Shown here: piece after piece, positions 16,841 to 24,419 of the stretch
How positions within the stretch are numbered: position 1 is the first letter of the stretch
Layout of the letters: every line of letters begins with the position of its first letter
From: Streptosporangiaceae bacterium
GTDB taxonomy: Bacteria; Actinomycetota; Actinomycetes; Streptosporangiales; Streptosporangiaceae
DNA: 34,479 bases
Reading direction: 5' to 3'
Assembly (NCBI GenBank): GCA_030040095.1
Contig: JASHUI010000526.1
Span: 1 to 34,479 of the forward strand
Notes under the pieces: generated by a model
Seen by the model: only the letters and a program-made list of their open reading frames with translations
Database searches by the model: none
Told to the model about the DNA's origin: nothing
Program-made: the position numbers and the translations under genes

Positions 16841-18172
16841 GTGTCCGAGACAGATATCCAGCAGCGGCTACAGGCTGGAAATCGGCAGTATCTCGATAGC
16901 ACAATCCTCACCGAGGGCAATCTGTTTCCTGACATCTACCGTACCTTTCTCGAATACCTGGAGTGGCTGAAGCGCGATCTCGCGGAGGCCGAAGAGCTTC
17001 GGCTCGCGCGGCTCGACTCGCAGCTGAGGCACGCCGCGGCGCAGGTGCCGGCCTATCGCGGCCTGGACCCGCAAGCCGGGCTGGCGCGCTGGCCGCTGAC
17101 CGGCAAGGCAGACCTGCGCGACCGGCTGGCCGACTACTGCGACGACGCCATCGACATCTCCCGATGCCGTGCCAGTTTCTCGTCGGGGACGGCGGGAATC
17201 CCGCTGCGGGCCATCCATGACTTCGACCACATCGTGCATAACCACGCCCTGGCGCTGCGCCGCAATCACGTGGCCGGCCTGCCGCTGCGCCGCAGGATCC
17301 TGATCCCCATGCGTGACGGCGCGCTGCCCTGGATCGAATATGCCTCGCCAGCGTACGGGAACTCGATCGTCGCGCAGTTCGGCTCGGTGGGCGAGGACGG
17401 CCGATTCACCGACGCCATCACCAGGGCGGCGTCATTCGGGCCCGATGTCATCTTCGGCCATCCGTCCGGATGCCTGCTCTTTGCCGAGTCGCTGCGCGCC
17501 TGCGCGCTGACCGTGCGGCCACGACTCGTGCTGACGATGGGCGAGAAACTCAGCCGCGCCGTCCGGGACGAGCTGGAGTCGCAGTTCTGCTCGCCCGTCG
17601 TCGAGGGCTACGGCATGAACGAGGTCGGCACCATCGCCGTCCAGTGCGCACGCCGCAGGTTCCATGTCGAACAGGAGCGCGTGCTCGTCGAGATCATCGA
17701 CGACGCGGGCCAGCCGGTACCACCAGGGCAGCCGGGCGAGATCGTGGTGACCGATCTCATCAACCGGGCCATGCCGCTGATCAGATACCGCACCGGGGAC
17801 GTCGCCACCCTCACGGACGGGCGGTGCGACTGCGGCTATCCGGGCGAGCTGCTGGCCGACATCGAAGGCCGCGACCACGGAATGCTCATCCTGGACGGCG
17901 GCAGGATCGCGGTGCCGGTGATCGCCCTCACCAGGGTGGCACGGCTGCAGCGCCTGCGGCGGTTCCAGTTCATCAGGCGAGCGCCGGCGCAGATCGAGGT
18001 GCTGATCTCGGTCCTCGACGGCGCGTCCGCCGCCGTGGTGACGCGGCAGCTGACTGCCGACCTGCGCACGTTCCTGCAGGACGCGGCGGCCGTGGAGGTA
18101 CGGCTCGCTGGCGATGCGGACTTCTTGCCGAGTATGTCAGGCAAGGACACCGACTACGTGTCGCTGGTCTGA
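16841..18172 (+). CDS. Phenylacetate-CoA ligase / coenzyme F390 synthetase / CapK-like adenylate-forming enzyme
   Basis: 443 aa from the GTG at 16841, with GGAGG 5 nt upstream. It carries the acyl-adenylate P-loop-like SFSSGTAGIPL, then VVEGYGMNEVGTIAVQC, PGEIVVTDLINRAMPLIRYRTGD and GRDHGMLIL. This is the PaaK-family pattern. Confidence 0.8.
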   Translation: MSETDIQQRLQAGNRQYLDSTILTEGNLFPDIYRTFLEYLEWLKRDLAEAEELRLARLDSQLRHAAAQVPAYRGLDPQAGLARWPLTGKADLRDRLADYCDDAIDISRCRASFSSGTAGIPLRAIHDFDHIVHNHALALRRNHVAGLPLRRRILIPMRDGALPWIEYASPAYGNSIVAQFGSVGEDGRFTDAITRAASFGPDVIFGHPSGCLLFAESLRACALTVRPRLVLTMGEKLSRAVRDELESQFCSPVVEGYGMNEVGTIAVQCARRRFHVEQERVLVEIIDDAGQPVPPGQPGEIVVTDLINRAMPLIRYRTGDVATLTDGRCDCGYPGELLADIEGRDHGMLILDGGRIAVPVIALTRVARLQRLRRFQFIRRAPAQIEVLISVLDGASAAVVTRQLTADLRTFLQDAAAVEVRLAGDADFLPSMSGKDTDYVSLV

Positions 18173-18204
18173 GCGACACCCGGCAGCACGAAGGGAGGTG
18201 GCCG

Positions 18205-18267
18205 GTGACGAAGGAAGAGCTCGTCGGACAGGTGGAAATATTGCTGACGCCAGACGTGGCCGTCTAA
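18205..18267 (+). CDS. Candidate 20-codon micro-ORF (MTKEELVGQVEILLTPDVAV)
   Basis: GTG start preceded by GGGAGG with 7 nt of spacing, 32 nt after the ligase stop. A 7-bp inverted repeat follows (TGGCGGG...CCCGCCA, about 18272-18302). Third-position G+C is only about 74% and there is no homology evidence. It is absent from the track because it is too short. Confidence 0.3.
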   Translation: MTKEELVGQVEILLTPDVAV

Positions 18268-18432
18268 CTGGCGGGTGTCTGCACTGATTCGCCCGCCATC
18301 GCCAGGCCGCTGAGCCAGTCGCAGGCGAGGTTGCCCGCATGGCAGGCGGCGTCGCGTGGCGGGCGAGCAGGCACCAGCAAGCCGCTTGCACCGGCACGCA
18401 ACCTTTCTTGCTCATGCCTGCGTCCAAGTTAG

Positions 18433-18795
18433 ATGAGTCGCAATGCTGTGGCGGTGCTCGCGCTGGGCATCGCCGTCCTGGCCGGCTGCGGCGGCAGCCC
18501 CGGCTATCAGCAGGCCGTGCCCGGTACGTTCGTGCGAGTGGGCGGGCCGGCGCCTGGCTCCCCGGTCCCGCTGCCCGGCACGATCACAGCCCGCGCGGCG
18601 ACGGGCCAGACGTTCACGGCCACGGCCGGCCGCAACGGCCGCTTCACGCTGTCGCTGCCGCCTGGCAGCTACCATGTGACCGGCCGCAGCCCGCTGATCC
18701 AGTCCGGGCGGATGATCTGCGCCGCGACCGCGGAACTGCGCTTGACCCGCGGCAAGCCCGCTGGCCCGGTCACCGTGGTCTGCTCGATCTCGTGA
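18433..18795 (+). CDS. Lipoprotein with carboxypeptidase-regulatory-like beta-sandwich repeat
   Basis: The signal peptide plus lipobox is MSRNAVAVLALGIAVLAGC. The mature part, GRNGRFTLSLPPGSYHVTG, is typical of the CarboxypepD_reg-like fold. Confidence 0.6.
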   Translation: MSRNAVAVLALGIAVLAGCGGSPGYQQAVPGTFVRVGGPAPGSPVPLPGTITARAATGQTFTATAGRNGRFTLSLPPGSYHVTGRSPLIQSGRMICAATAELRLTRGKPAGPVTVVCSIS

Positions 18796-18899
18796 CGAGG
18801 ACGCGGCATCGGCGCCTCGGCGTCGTAGGCGGGCCGCGCGGCAGGATCCGCGCCGCCGGGGCTGTCTGATCATCAACACCTCCCTCAATGGCCGCTCAC

Positions 18900-19275
18900 G
18901 CCGCGCGGACATCTCCTAGCCGTAGAGATGGCACCGTCCTCTCGAAGAACTCGAGCCTCCGAAATTCCCAGAATGGTGTAGCGACTCATCTGGCACGGAT
19001 AGCTACAGGGATATATAATATATTTGGTTGTAATAACTTTCGATCTTGAAAGGGCCCGGCGGGTCTGCTATTGTTTCAAATGATCATTTATGGCATGGAC
19101 GACCGGACAGATCATCCCTTTTCCTCCCTTTTCCTTATGAACCGCTTCTGCATGCCCGGCGAGCTTCGAGAAAACTAACGGCCACCAATAAATCGCCAAA
19201 GGACCGACACCTGGAAATGGCCTCGATCAACGGCTCAGGTCAGAACGGCAGTGGCGAAGGCCGGGGGAAGGATTC
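18900..19275. promoter_or_regulatory. AT-rich intergenic island, presumed promoter/regulatory region of the NRPS operon
   Basis: There are 39 G+C in the 100 nt from 19001 to 19100 by hand count, against visibly >70% in flanking genes. The island contains ATATATAATATAT, a perfect 12-bp palindrome AAATGATCATTT (19078-19089) and a tandem 10-bp repeat CCCTTTTCCT x2 (19116-19135). Confidence 0.5.
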
Positions 19276-20601
19276 ATGGTGTTAAGAGAAACGACCGCGC
19301 GGGAAGCGCCGCTCGCCGGACGGCCGCAGAAGGCACTGACGCTGGCCTGCCACCGCCACGGCGTCGCCGAGCAGCCTGAGGTGCCCTGGGCCTGCCCGAC
19401 CTGCGGTTCGACCCTGCGCGCGTGCCCCGAACTCGATGAGATATCCCTGGACGTGAAGCGGCCGGACAGGCCGTACAACCTCTTTCGCTTTGACGAGTTA
19501 CTCCCCATCAGGGGTGCGGCGCGTACCGGAAAACACACCGGCTGGACACCTCTCGTTCACGCCGAAAGGCTCGGCGCAGAGTTAGGCTTACGCCGGCTCT
19601 ACCTGAAACTGGACTGCTACAACTGGCCGACCTATTCCTACAAGGACCGAGTGGTGGCCAGCGCGATCCAGCACGCGCTGGAAAACAATGCCGACACCAT
19701 TGCCTGCGTGTCGACTGGAAATGTAGGCAATTCGGTTGCCGCGCTCGCGGCGGCCGCCCACCTGAACGCGGTCATCTTCTACCCGGGTGGCATTGAGCCG
19801 ACGAAGATGCTCATGTGCCTGGTACACGGCGCATCGGTCATCCAGCTCGACGGCACCTTCGACGACGTCAACCGCGTGTGCCGCAGGCTCGCGCTGGAGA
19901 CCGAGATCCCGTTCGTCAACCTGACGCTGCGCCCTTACTACGCCGAGGGCGCCAAGACGGTCGCCTACGAGGTGATCGAGCAACTCGGCTGGGAGCAACC
20001 AGACCACGTGATCGTGCCCACCGCGGGCGCGGCCCTGCTGACCAGAATCTCGTACGGGTTCGAGGAGATGGCACGGCTCGGCCTGACCCCGGGCCGGCGG
20101 GGTCCGCGGATCCATGCCGCGCAGGCCGCGGGCTGCGCGCCCATCGCCGACGCCTTCGCGGCCGGCGAACTCATCCCCCGGCCGCGGGTGCCCGACACGG
20201 TGGCGAAGTCGATCGCGATCGGGAACCCGAGCGACGGCGCGGCCGCGCTCGCGGTGATCGCCGAGACCGGCGGCAGCGCCCTGGGCGTCGACGATCGCGT
20301 GATCATCGACGGGGTCCGGTTGCTCGCCGCCACCGAGGGCGTGTTCACCGAGCCCGCCGGCGGCGCCGCGATCGCCATGACCCGCGCTCTGGCCGAGACG
20401 GGCGCGGTCCGCCGGGACGACGCCGTGGTCGCCGTGGTCTCAGGCAGCGGGCTCAAGACCCCGGAGCTGGTTGACGACTCGTTCGGCCACGTCATCCAGG
20501 GGATCGCCGAGTTCGAGCCGGCGCTCGCCGCGCTGAGCAGGTGCCGGACGTCCGCAGGCGCCTGCGATGACCGCGCCGGGCCCGCGCGCGAGCGTCCTTA
20601 G
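19276..20601 (+). CDS. Threonine synthase-like fold-type II PLP enzyme with N-terminal zinc-ribbon
   Basis: The N-terminal motif is CHRH...CPTC. The PLP-lysine motif is PTYSYKDR, with TGNVGNSVAALAAAAHL, and the glycine-rich phosphate loop is VVSGSGLKT. The ATG is preceded by GGGGGAAGGA. Confidence 0.85.
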   Translation: MVLRETTAREAPLAGRPQKALTLACHRHGVAEQPEVPWACPTCGSTLRACPELDEISLDVKRPDRPYNLFRFDELLPIRGAARTGKHTGWTPLVHAERLGAELGLRRLYLKLDCYNWPTYSYKDRVVASAIQHALENNADTIACVSTGNVGNSVAALAAAAHLNAVIFYPGGIEPTKMLMCLVHGASVIQLDGTFDDVNRVCRRLALETEIPFVNLTLRPYYAEGAKTVAYEVIEQLGWEQPDHVIVPTAGAALLTRISYGFEEMARLGLTPGRRGPRIHAAQAAGCAPIADAFAAGELIPRPRVPDTVAKSIAIGNPSDGAAALAVIAETGGSALGVDDRVIIDGVRLLAATEGVFTEPAGGAAIAMTRALAETGAVRRDDAVVAVVSGSGLKTPELVDDSFGHVIQGIAEFEPALAALSRCRTSAGACDDRAGPARERP

Positions 20602-20651
20602 CCCGGTCCCGGCCGTCAAGACCCAACCATCTCGGCGCAAACGGAGAACAC

Positions 20652-21998
20652 ATGACAAACGGTGGCGTCCCAGGCGAGCGTGAGGCCCTGCTGCTCCAGG
20701 CCCTGATCCGGAACGAGTGCGTGAACTACGGCTATGACAATCCCGAGTCGGGCAGGGAAATCCGTAACGCCACGGTGCTCGCCGACTTCCTGAGCGGCAC
20801 GCCGCACTTCACGAGCCGGCTCGTCGAGACCGTCCCCGGGCGGACCAACGTGATCGGCCGCTGGGAGGGCGACGGCGACGGCCCGACTCTCGCCCTCCTC
20901 GCGCACACCGACGTCGTCCCCGCCGACCCGGCCGGCTGGGACGTGCACCCGTTCGCGGGCGAGATCCGCGACGGCGTGGTCTACGGCCGCGGCGCGGTGG
21001 ACATGCTCAACCTCGCCGCCAGCATGGCCGTGTCAGTGAGGACGCTGGCCATGTCCGGCTTCCGCCCTCGGGGGACGGTGCTCTACCTCGCCGTCGCCGA
21101 CGAGGAGGCCGGAGGGCGGTACGGCACCGGCTACCTGACCAGCGAGCTCGCGGACGAGGTCCGCGCCGACTATGTGCTGACCGAATGGGGCGGCGTGCGC
21201 TACCGTGCCTCGGCCGCGCCGCAGTTTGCCATGATCACGGCCGAGAAGGGCGTCGCGTGGATCAAGGCGCGGATCATCGGTCGCTCTGCGCACGGGTCCC
21301 GCCCGTACGGCGCGGACAACCCGATCATCGGCCTGGCGCGCATCGTCAATCACCTGGCCGGGTCCAGCGCGAGCGTGACCGTCACGCCGGTGTGGCGGCG
21401 GCTGGTGGCCCGGCTGGACGTCGACGAGGCCACCCGGGAGGCGCTGCTGGATCCCAGCCAGGTCGACGAGATCCTCCCGGAACTCGACTCGCCGTTCGAC
21501 GCGTTCGCCCACGCGCTCACCCGGATGACGTTCTCACCGACCATGACGGACGCGGGCATCAAGGTCAACGTCATTCCCGACGGAGCCGAGCTGCAACTGG
21601 ATGTGCGAACCCTGCCGGGCCAGACCACCGACCAGGTGCTCGCCATGCTGCGGGAGACGGCTGCGCAGCTGAACGTCAACGCCACCTTCGAGGCATTCAA
21701 CGAATCGGTGGCCAACTCCTCGTCCATCGAGACACCCCTGTGGACCGCGATGGAGAAGGCCGTCGCCAAGCTGGTTCCCGGCGGGACCTGCGTGCCGTCG
21801 GTGACGACGGGCGGCAACGACGCACGCTTCTACCGGGCCATGGACGCGGTCGCCTACGGCGGCGGGCTGCTCAGCGAGCGGTTCACGTTCGACACCTTCA
21901 TTAGCGCCTTCCACGGTGCCAACGAACGGATCGATCTCGAGTCGCTCGCGCTGTCCACGGAGTTCTTCAGCTCGATCATCACCGACCTGCTCGCCTGA
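20652..21998 (+). CDS. M20/M25/M40 family metallohydrolase (dipeptidase / N-acyl-amino-acid deacylase type)
   Basis: LLAHTDVVPADPAGW and LAVADEEAGG are the His/Asp and Glu metal/catalytic motifs, and a dimerisation-lid insertion is present. GGAG SD. Confidence 0.88.
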   Translation: MTNGGVPGEREALLLQALIRNECVNYGYDNPESGREIRNATVLADFLSGTPHFTSRLVETVPGRTNVIGRWEGDGDGPTLALLAHTDVVPADPAGWDVHPFAGEIRDGVVYGRGAVDMLNLAASMAVSVRTLAMSGFRPRGTVLYLAVADEEAGGRYGTGYLTSELADEVRADYVLTEWGGVRYRASAAPQFAMITAEKGVAWIKARIIGRSAHGSRPYGADNPIIGLARIVNHLAGSSASVTVTPVWRRLVARLDVDEATREALLDPSQVDEILPELDSPFDAFAHALTRMTFSPTMTDAGIKVNVIPDGAELQLDVRTLPGQTTDQVLAMLRETAAQLNVNATFEAFNESVANSSSIETPLWTAMEKAVAKLVPGGTCVPSVTTGGNDARFYRAMDAVAYGGGLLSERFTFDTFISAFHGANERIDLESLALSTEFFSSIITDLLA

Positions 21999-22001
21999 CC
22001 A

Positions 22002-22520
22002 ATGACCGAGCCGAGAGCGGACACGCTGATCAGATCCCCCCGCGAGCAGGACCTGGACCGGCTCGTCTCGATCTACAACGAGGCCGTGGAGGACGGCGTG
22101 TCCAACTGTGACCTGTCCGAGGTGACCGAGGCGCAGTTCGCCGACTGGCTGGGCCTGCACCAGGGCCGGTTTCCGCTGTTCGTCGCGGAGATCGAGGCAG
22201 AGGTAGCCGGCTGGGCATGCCTGTCGCCGTTCGTGCCGAAGGACTGCTTCGACCGGACCGCCTACACCTCGACCTACGTCAGCAAGCGGTTCCGGCACCG
22301 CGGCGTCGGGCTGGCGCTCCGCGAGCACGTCGTCGCGCAGGCCCGCGCGCTGGGGTTCCACAGCCTGGTCAACCGGATCTTCACCAGGAACACCGCCAGC
22401 GTGGCGCTGACCGAAAGGCTCGGATTCGTGCGGATAGGCCTGCTCCGCGAGGTGATCTGGCGGGACGGCGAGTACTGGGATGCCGCGCTATACCAGCTGA
22501 TTCTGACCCCGAAGGGATAG
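22002..22520 (+). CDS. GNAT N-acetyltransferase of the phosphinothricin / methionine-sulfoximine acetyltransferase (PAT/Bar/MddA) family
   Basis: The following are all shared with the PAT family as I know it: IRSPREQDLDRLVSIYNEAV, PLFVAEIEAEVAGWACLSPF, the RTAYTSTYVSKRFRHRGVGLAL (AcCoA loop), NTASVALTERLGF and the GEYWDAALYQLIL tail. Confidence 0.78.
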   Translation: MTEPRADTLIRSPREQDLDRLVSIYNEAVEDGVSNCDLSEVTEAQFADWLGLHQGRFPLFVAEIEAEVAGWACLSPFVPKDCFDRTAYTSTYVSKRFRHRGVGLALREHVVAQARALGFHSLVNRIFTRNTASVALTERLGFVRIGLLREVIWRDGEYWDAALYQLILTPKG

Positions 22521-22524
22521 AGGG

Positions 22525-23541
22525 ATGGCCTTCATCGAGACCCTGACGCCGACGCCAACGCAGATGGAAGCGGCCTACCTGGAGTACCGGCGCGCGTGCT
22601 CCATGATCCTTTGGCGCCACGCCGGCGCCCGCGATGTGCTCGACGCGCTCCAGCAGCCGAAGTCGGCCTCGGAGCTGTCGGAGGCGATGGGCTTTCGCCC
22701 GGAGAAGCTCGAGCTCGTCGAGCTGATGCTGAAGGCGCTGGCCCGGTTCGGAGCGATCGAGCAAGTCGACGGCGGCCGCTACCGCGCGGTGCCCGGCTTC
22801 CAGCCCGCTGACATCGACCGGGATCTCCTGCCGGTCGCGATCAGCGCGCAGGAACTCGAGGGCCTGATGCACAGCGACACCTTCTCGGGCATGGTCGACA
22901 CGCTCCAGCTGCAGGAGAACGTCGCCGCGGCGCCGTTCAGCGCCAACCACATGAAGGTGTGGACGGAGTTCTTCAGCCAGCCCTTCTACGAGTACTTCCG
23001 GCGCGCCTCGGTCGACGCGGTGGCCTATCCGGGTGCGTCGGTGCTCGACCTCGGCTGCGGGCCCGGCTTCGGGCTCGGCGAGCTCGCCGCGGCCGTGGGC
23101 CCCGAGGGCTTCGTGACCGGCGTCGAGGTGAGCCAGGACTTCATCGAGGAGGCCAGACGGCGGACCGCCGGCCTCGAGCACGTGGCCGTGTTCGCCGGGA
23201 ACCTCGACGACGGCCTGCCCGCCGAGGTCAGCGCGGGCCCGTTCGACGGGGCGATCCTGGTGGGGGCCATGCACTTCTTGCACCACCACGACGTGGTGTT
23301 CGGGGCCATCGCGCGGGCGCTGCGTCCGGGCGGCCGGCTCAGCATCTCCTACGCCTACCTGAACCGCGGCACCCCGGACCAGGAGCTGATGGACATGCGG
23401 TTCGCGTTCCGCGAGCCGCGGCCGGCGGCGATCGACGCCGACGCGCTGATCGCGTCGGCGCGGAGGAACGGCCTGCTCCTGCGGGACCGGTTCGGGCTCG
23501 GCTGCTTCGGCTGGTTCCTGTTCGAACGAGAGGGTTCATGA
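22525..23541 (+). CDS. Class I SAM-dependent methyltransferase with N-terminal winged-helix/dimerisation domain
   Basis: Motif I is SVLDLGCGPGFGLGELA and the post-I acidic residue lies in VTGVEVS. The N-terminal 150 aa resemble small-molecule O/N-methyltransferase dimerisation domains. The stop overlaps the next start (ATGA, 23538-23541). Confidence 0.85.
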   Translation: MAFIETLTPTPTQMEAAYLEYRRACSMILWRHAGARDVLDALQQPKSASELSEAMGFRPEKLELVELMLKALARFGAIEQVDGGRYRAVPGFQPADIDRDLLPVAISAQELEGLMHSDTFSGMVDTLQLQENVAAAPFSANHMKVWTEFFSQPFYEYFRRASVDAVAYPGASVLDLGCGPGFGLGELAAAVGPEGFVTGVEVSQDFIEEARRRTAGLEHVAVFAGNLDDGLPAEVSAGPFDGAILVGAMHFLHHHDVVFGAIARALRPGGRLSISYAYLNRGTPDQELMDMRFAFREPRPAAIDADALIASARRNGLLLRDRFGLGCFGWFLFEREGS

Positions 23542-24419
23542 TGACAACGACAGACCTGGAGCTCATCGACCTGAACGAGGAACAGCGCGCGTCGTTCAGG
23601 GAACGCGGCTACTGCGTGGTGCGCGAGGCGCTCGACGGGGAGGCGGTCGAGCGGATCCGCGCCGTGTGCGACCGGATCGCTGACGAGGGCGGGCCGCGCG
23701 GGCGTTACATCGACCCGCGTTACGAGGACAAGCTCGAGTACCGCGACATCGTCTCGCTCGACCCGGTCTTCCGCCAGGTCATGGTGAATCCGCGGGTCTT
23801 CCCGCTGATCGCCCGCCTGCTCGGTCCCAACCTGCACCTCATCAGCAGTCACTTCATCTATAAGATGTCCCGGCCGCCGTCGGGCATCCGCCGCCGCGGC
23901 ATGTGGCATCGCGACGTGCTCGGCGTGACCCATGACCTGGGCCCGGCGGGCGTGCCCATGATGTCGGTCCGGGCCGGCTACTACCTCACCCCCGTGGACG
24001 AGGTCAACTCGGGCATCACGCTGTTCTCGCCCGGCAGCCACCTGCTCGAAGAGCCGCTGGTCGCGGATCCGGACAACGACGACCCCGCGGCCATCATCCG
24101 GCCGCCGGTGGCCCCCGGTGACGCGCTGATCTGGGAGAACCGGACCTACCACGCGGTGGAGGAGAATACGAGCGGCCGAACCCGCAAGGCCCTGATGTTC
24201 CAGTACGCGTTCCGGTGGCTGCGCCCGTTCGACTACATCTCGCATTCGTCGGAGGTCCTGGCCGACTGCGATGCCGTCCAGCGCCAGCTGCTCGCCGCGC
24301 ACGATGTCACCGAGGACGGCTCGATCGCGCGGGCCACCGGCGGGGAGGCGATCCGGGAGTTGTACGACGAGCAGCACATCTCCTGGGACCCGCGCCGGTA
24401 TCCCGGGCAGGCCCGGTGA
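23538..24419 (+). CDS. Phytanoyl-CoA dioxygenase (PhyH) family Fe(II)/2-oxoglutarate oxygenase
   Basis: MWHRDV gives the HxD facial-triad residues (an Asp is present, so a hydroxylase rather than halogenase type). The distal His is in RTYHAVEEN. The N-terminal FRERGYCVVREAL is typical of PhyH. The stop overlaps the NRPS GTG (GTGA, 24416-24419). Confidence 0.85.
   Translation: MMTTTDLELIDLNEEQRASFRERGYCVVREALDGEAVERIRAVCDRIADEGGPRGRYIDPRYEDKLEYRDIVSLDPVFRQVMVNPRVFPLIARLLGPNLHLISSHFIYKMSRPPSGIRRRGMWHRDVLGVTHDLGPAGVPMMSVRAGYYLTPVDEVNSGITLFSPGSHLLEEPLVADPDNDDPAAIIRPPVAPGDALIWENRTYHAVEENTSGRTRKALMFQYAFRWLRPFDYISHSSEVLADCDAVQRQLLAAHDVTEDGSIARATGGEAIRELYDEQHISWDPRRYPGQAR

Noticed and set aside
19217-19285. 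22-codon ORF MASINGSGQNGSGEGRGKDSWC overlapping the start of the ThrC-like gene, considered as a Cys-terminated scaffold or precursor peptide
   Set aside because: There is no convincing SD. Its 3' part is explained by the purine-rich SD (GGGGGAAGGA) of the ThrC-like gene. No LanB/PEARL, YcaO or other peptide-modifying partner is adjacent. It should be treated as chance unless conserved elsewhere.
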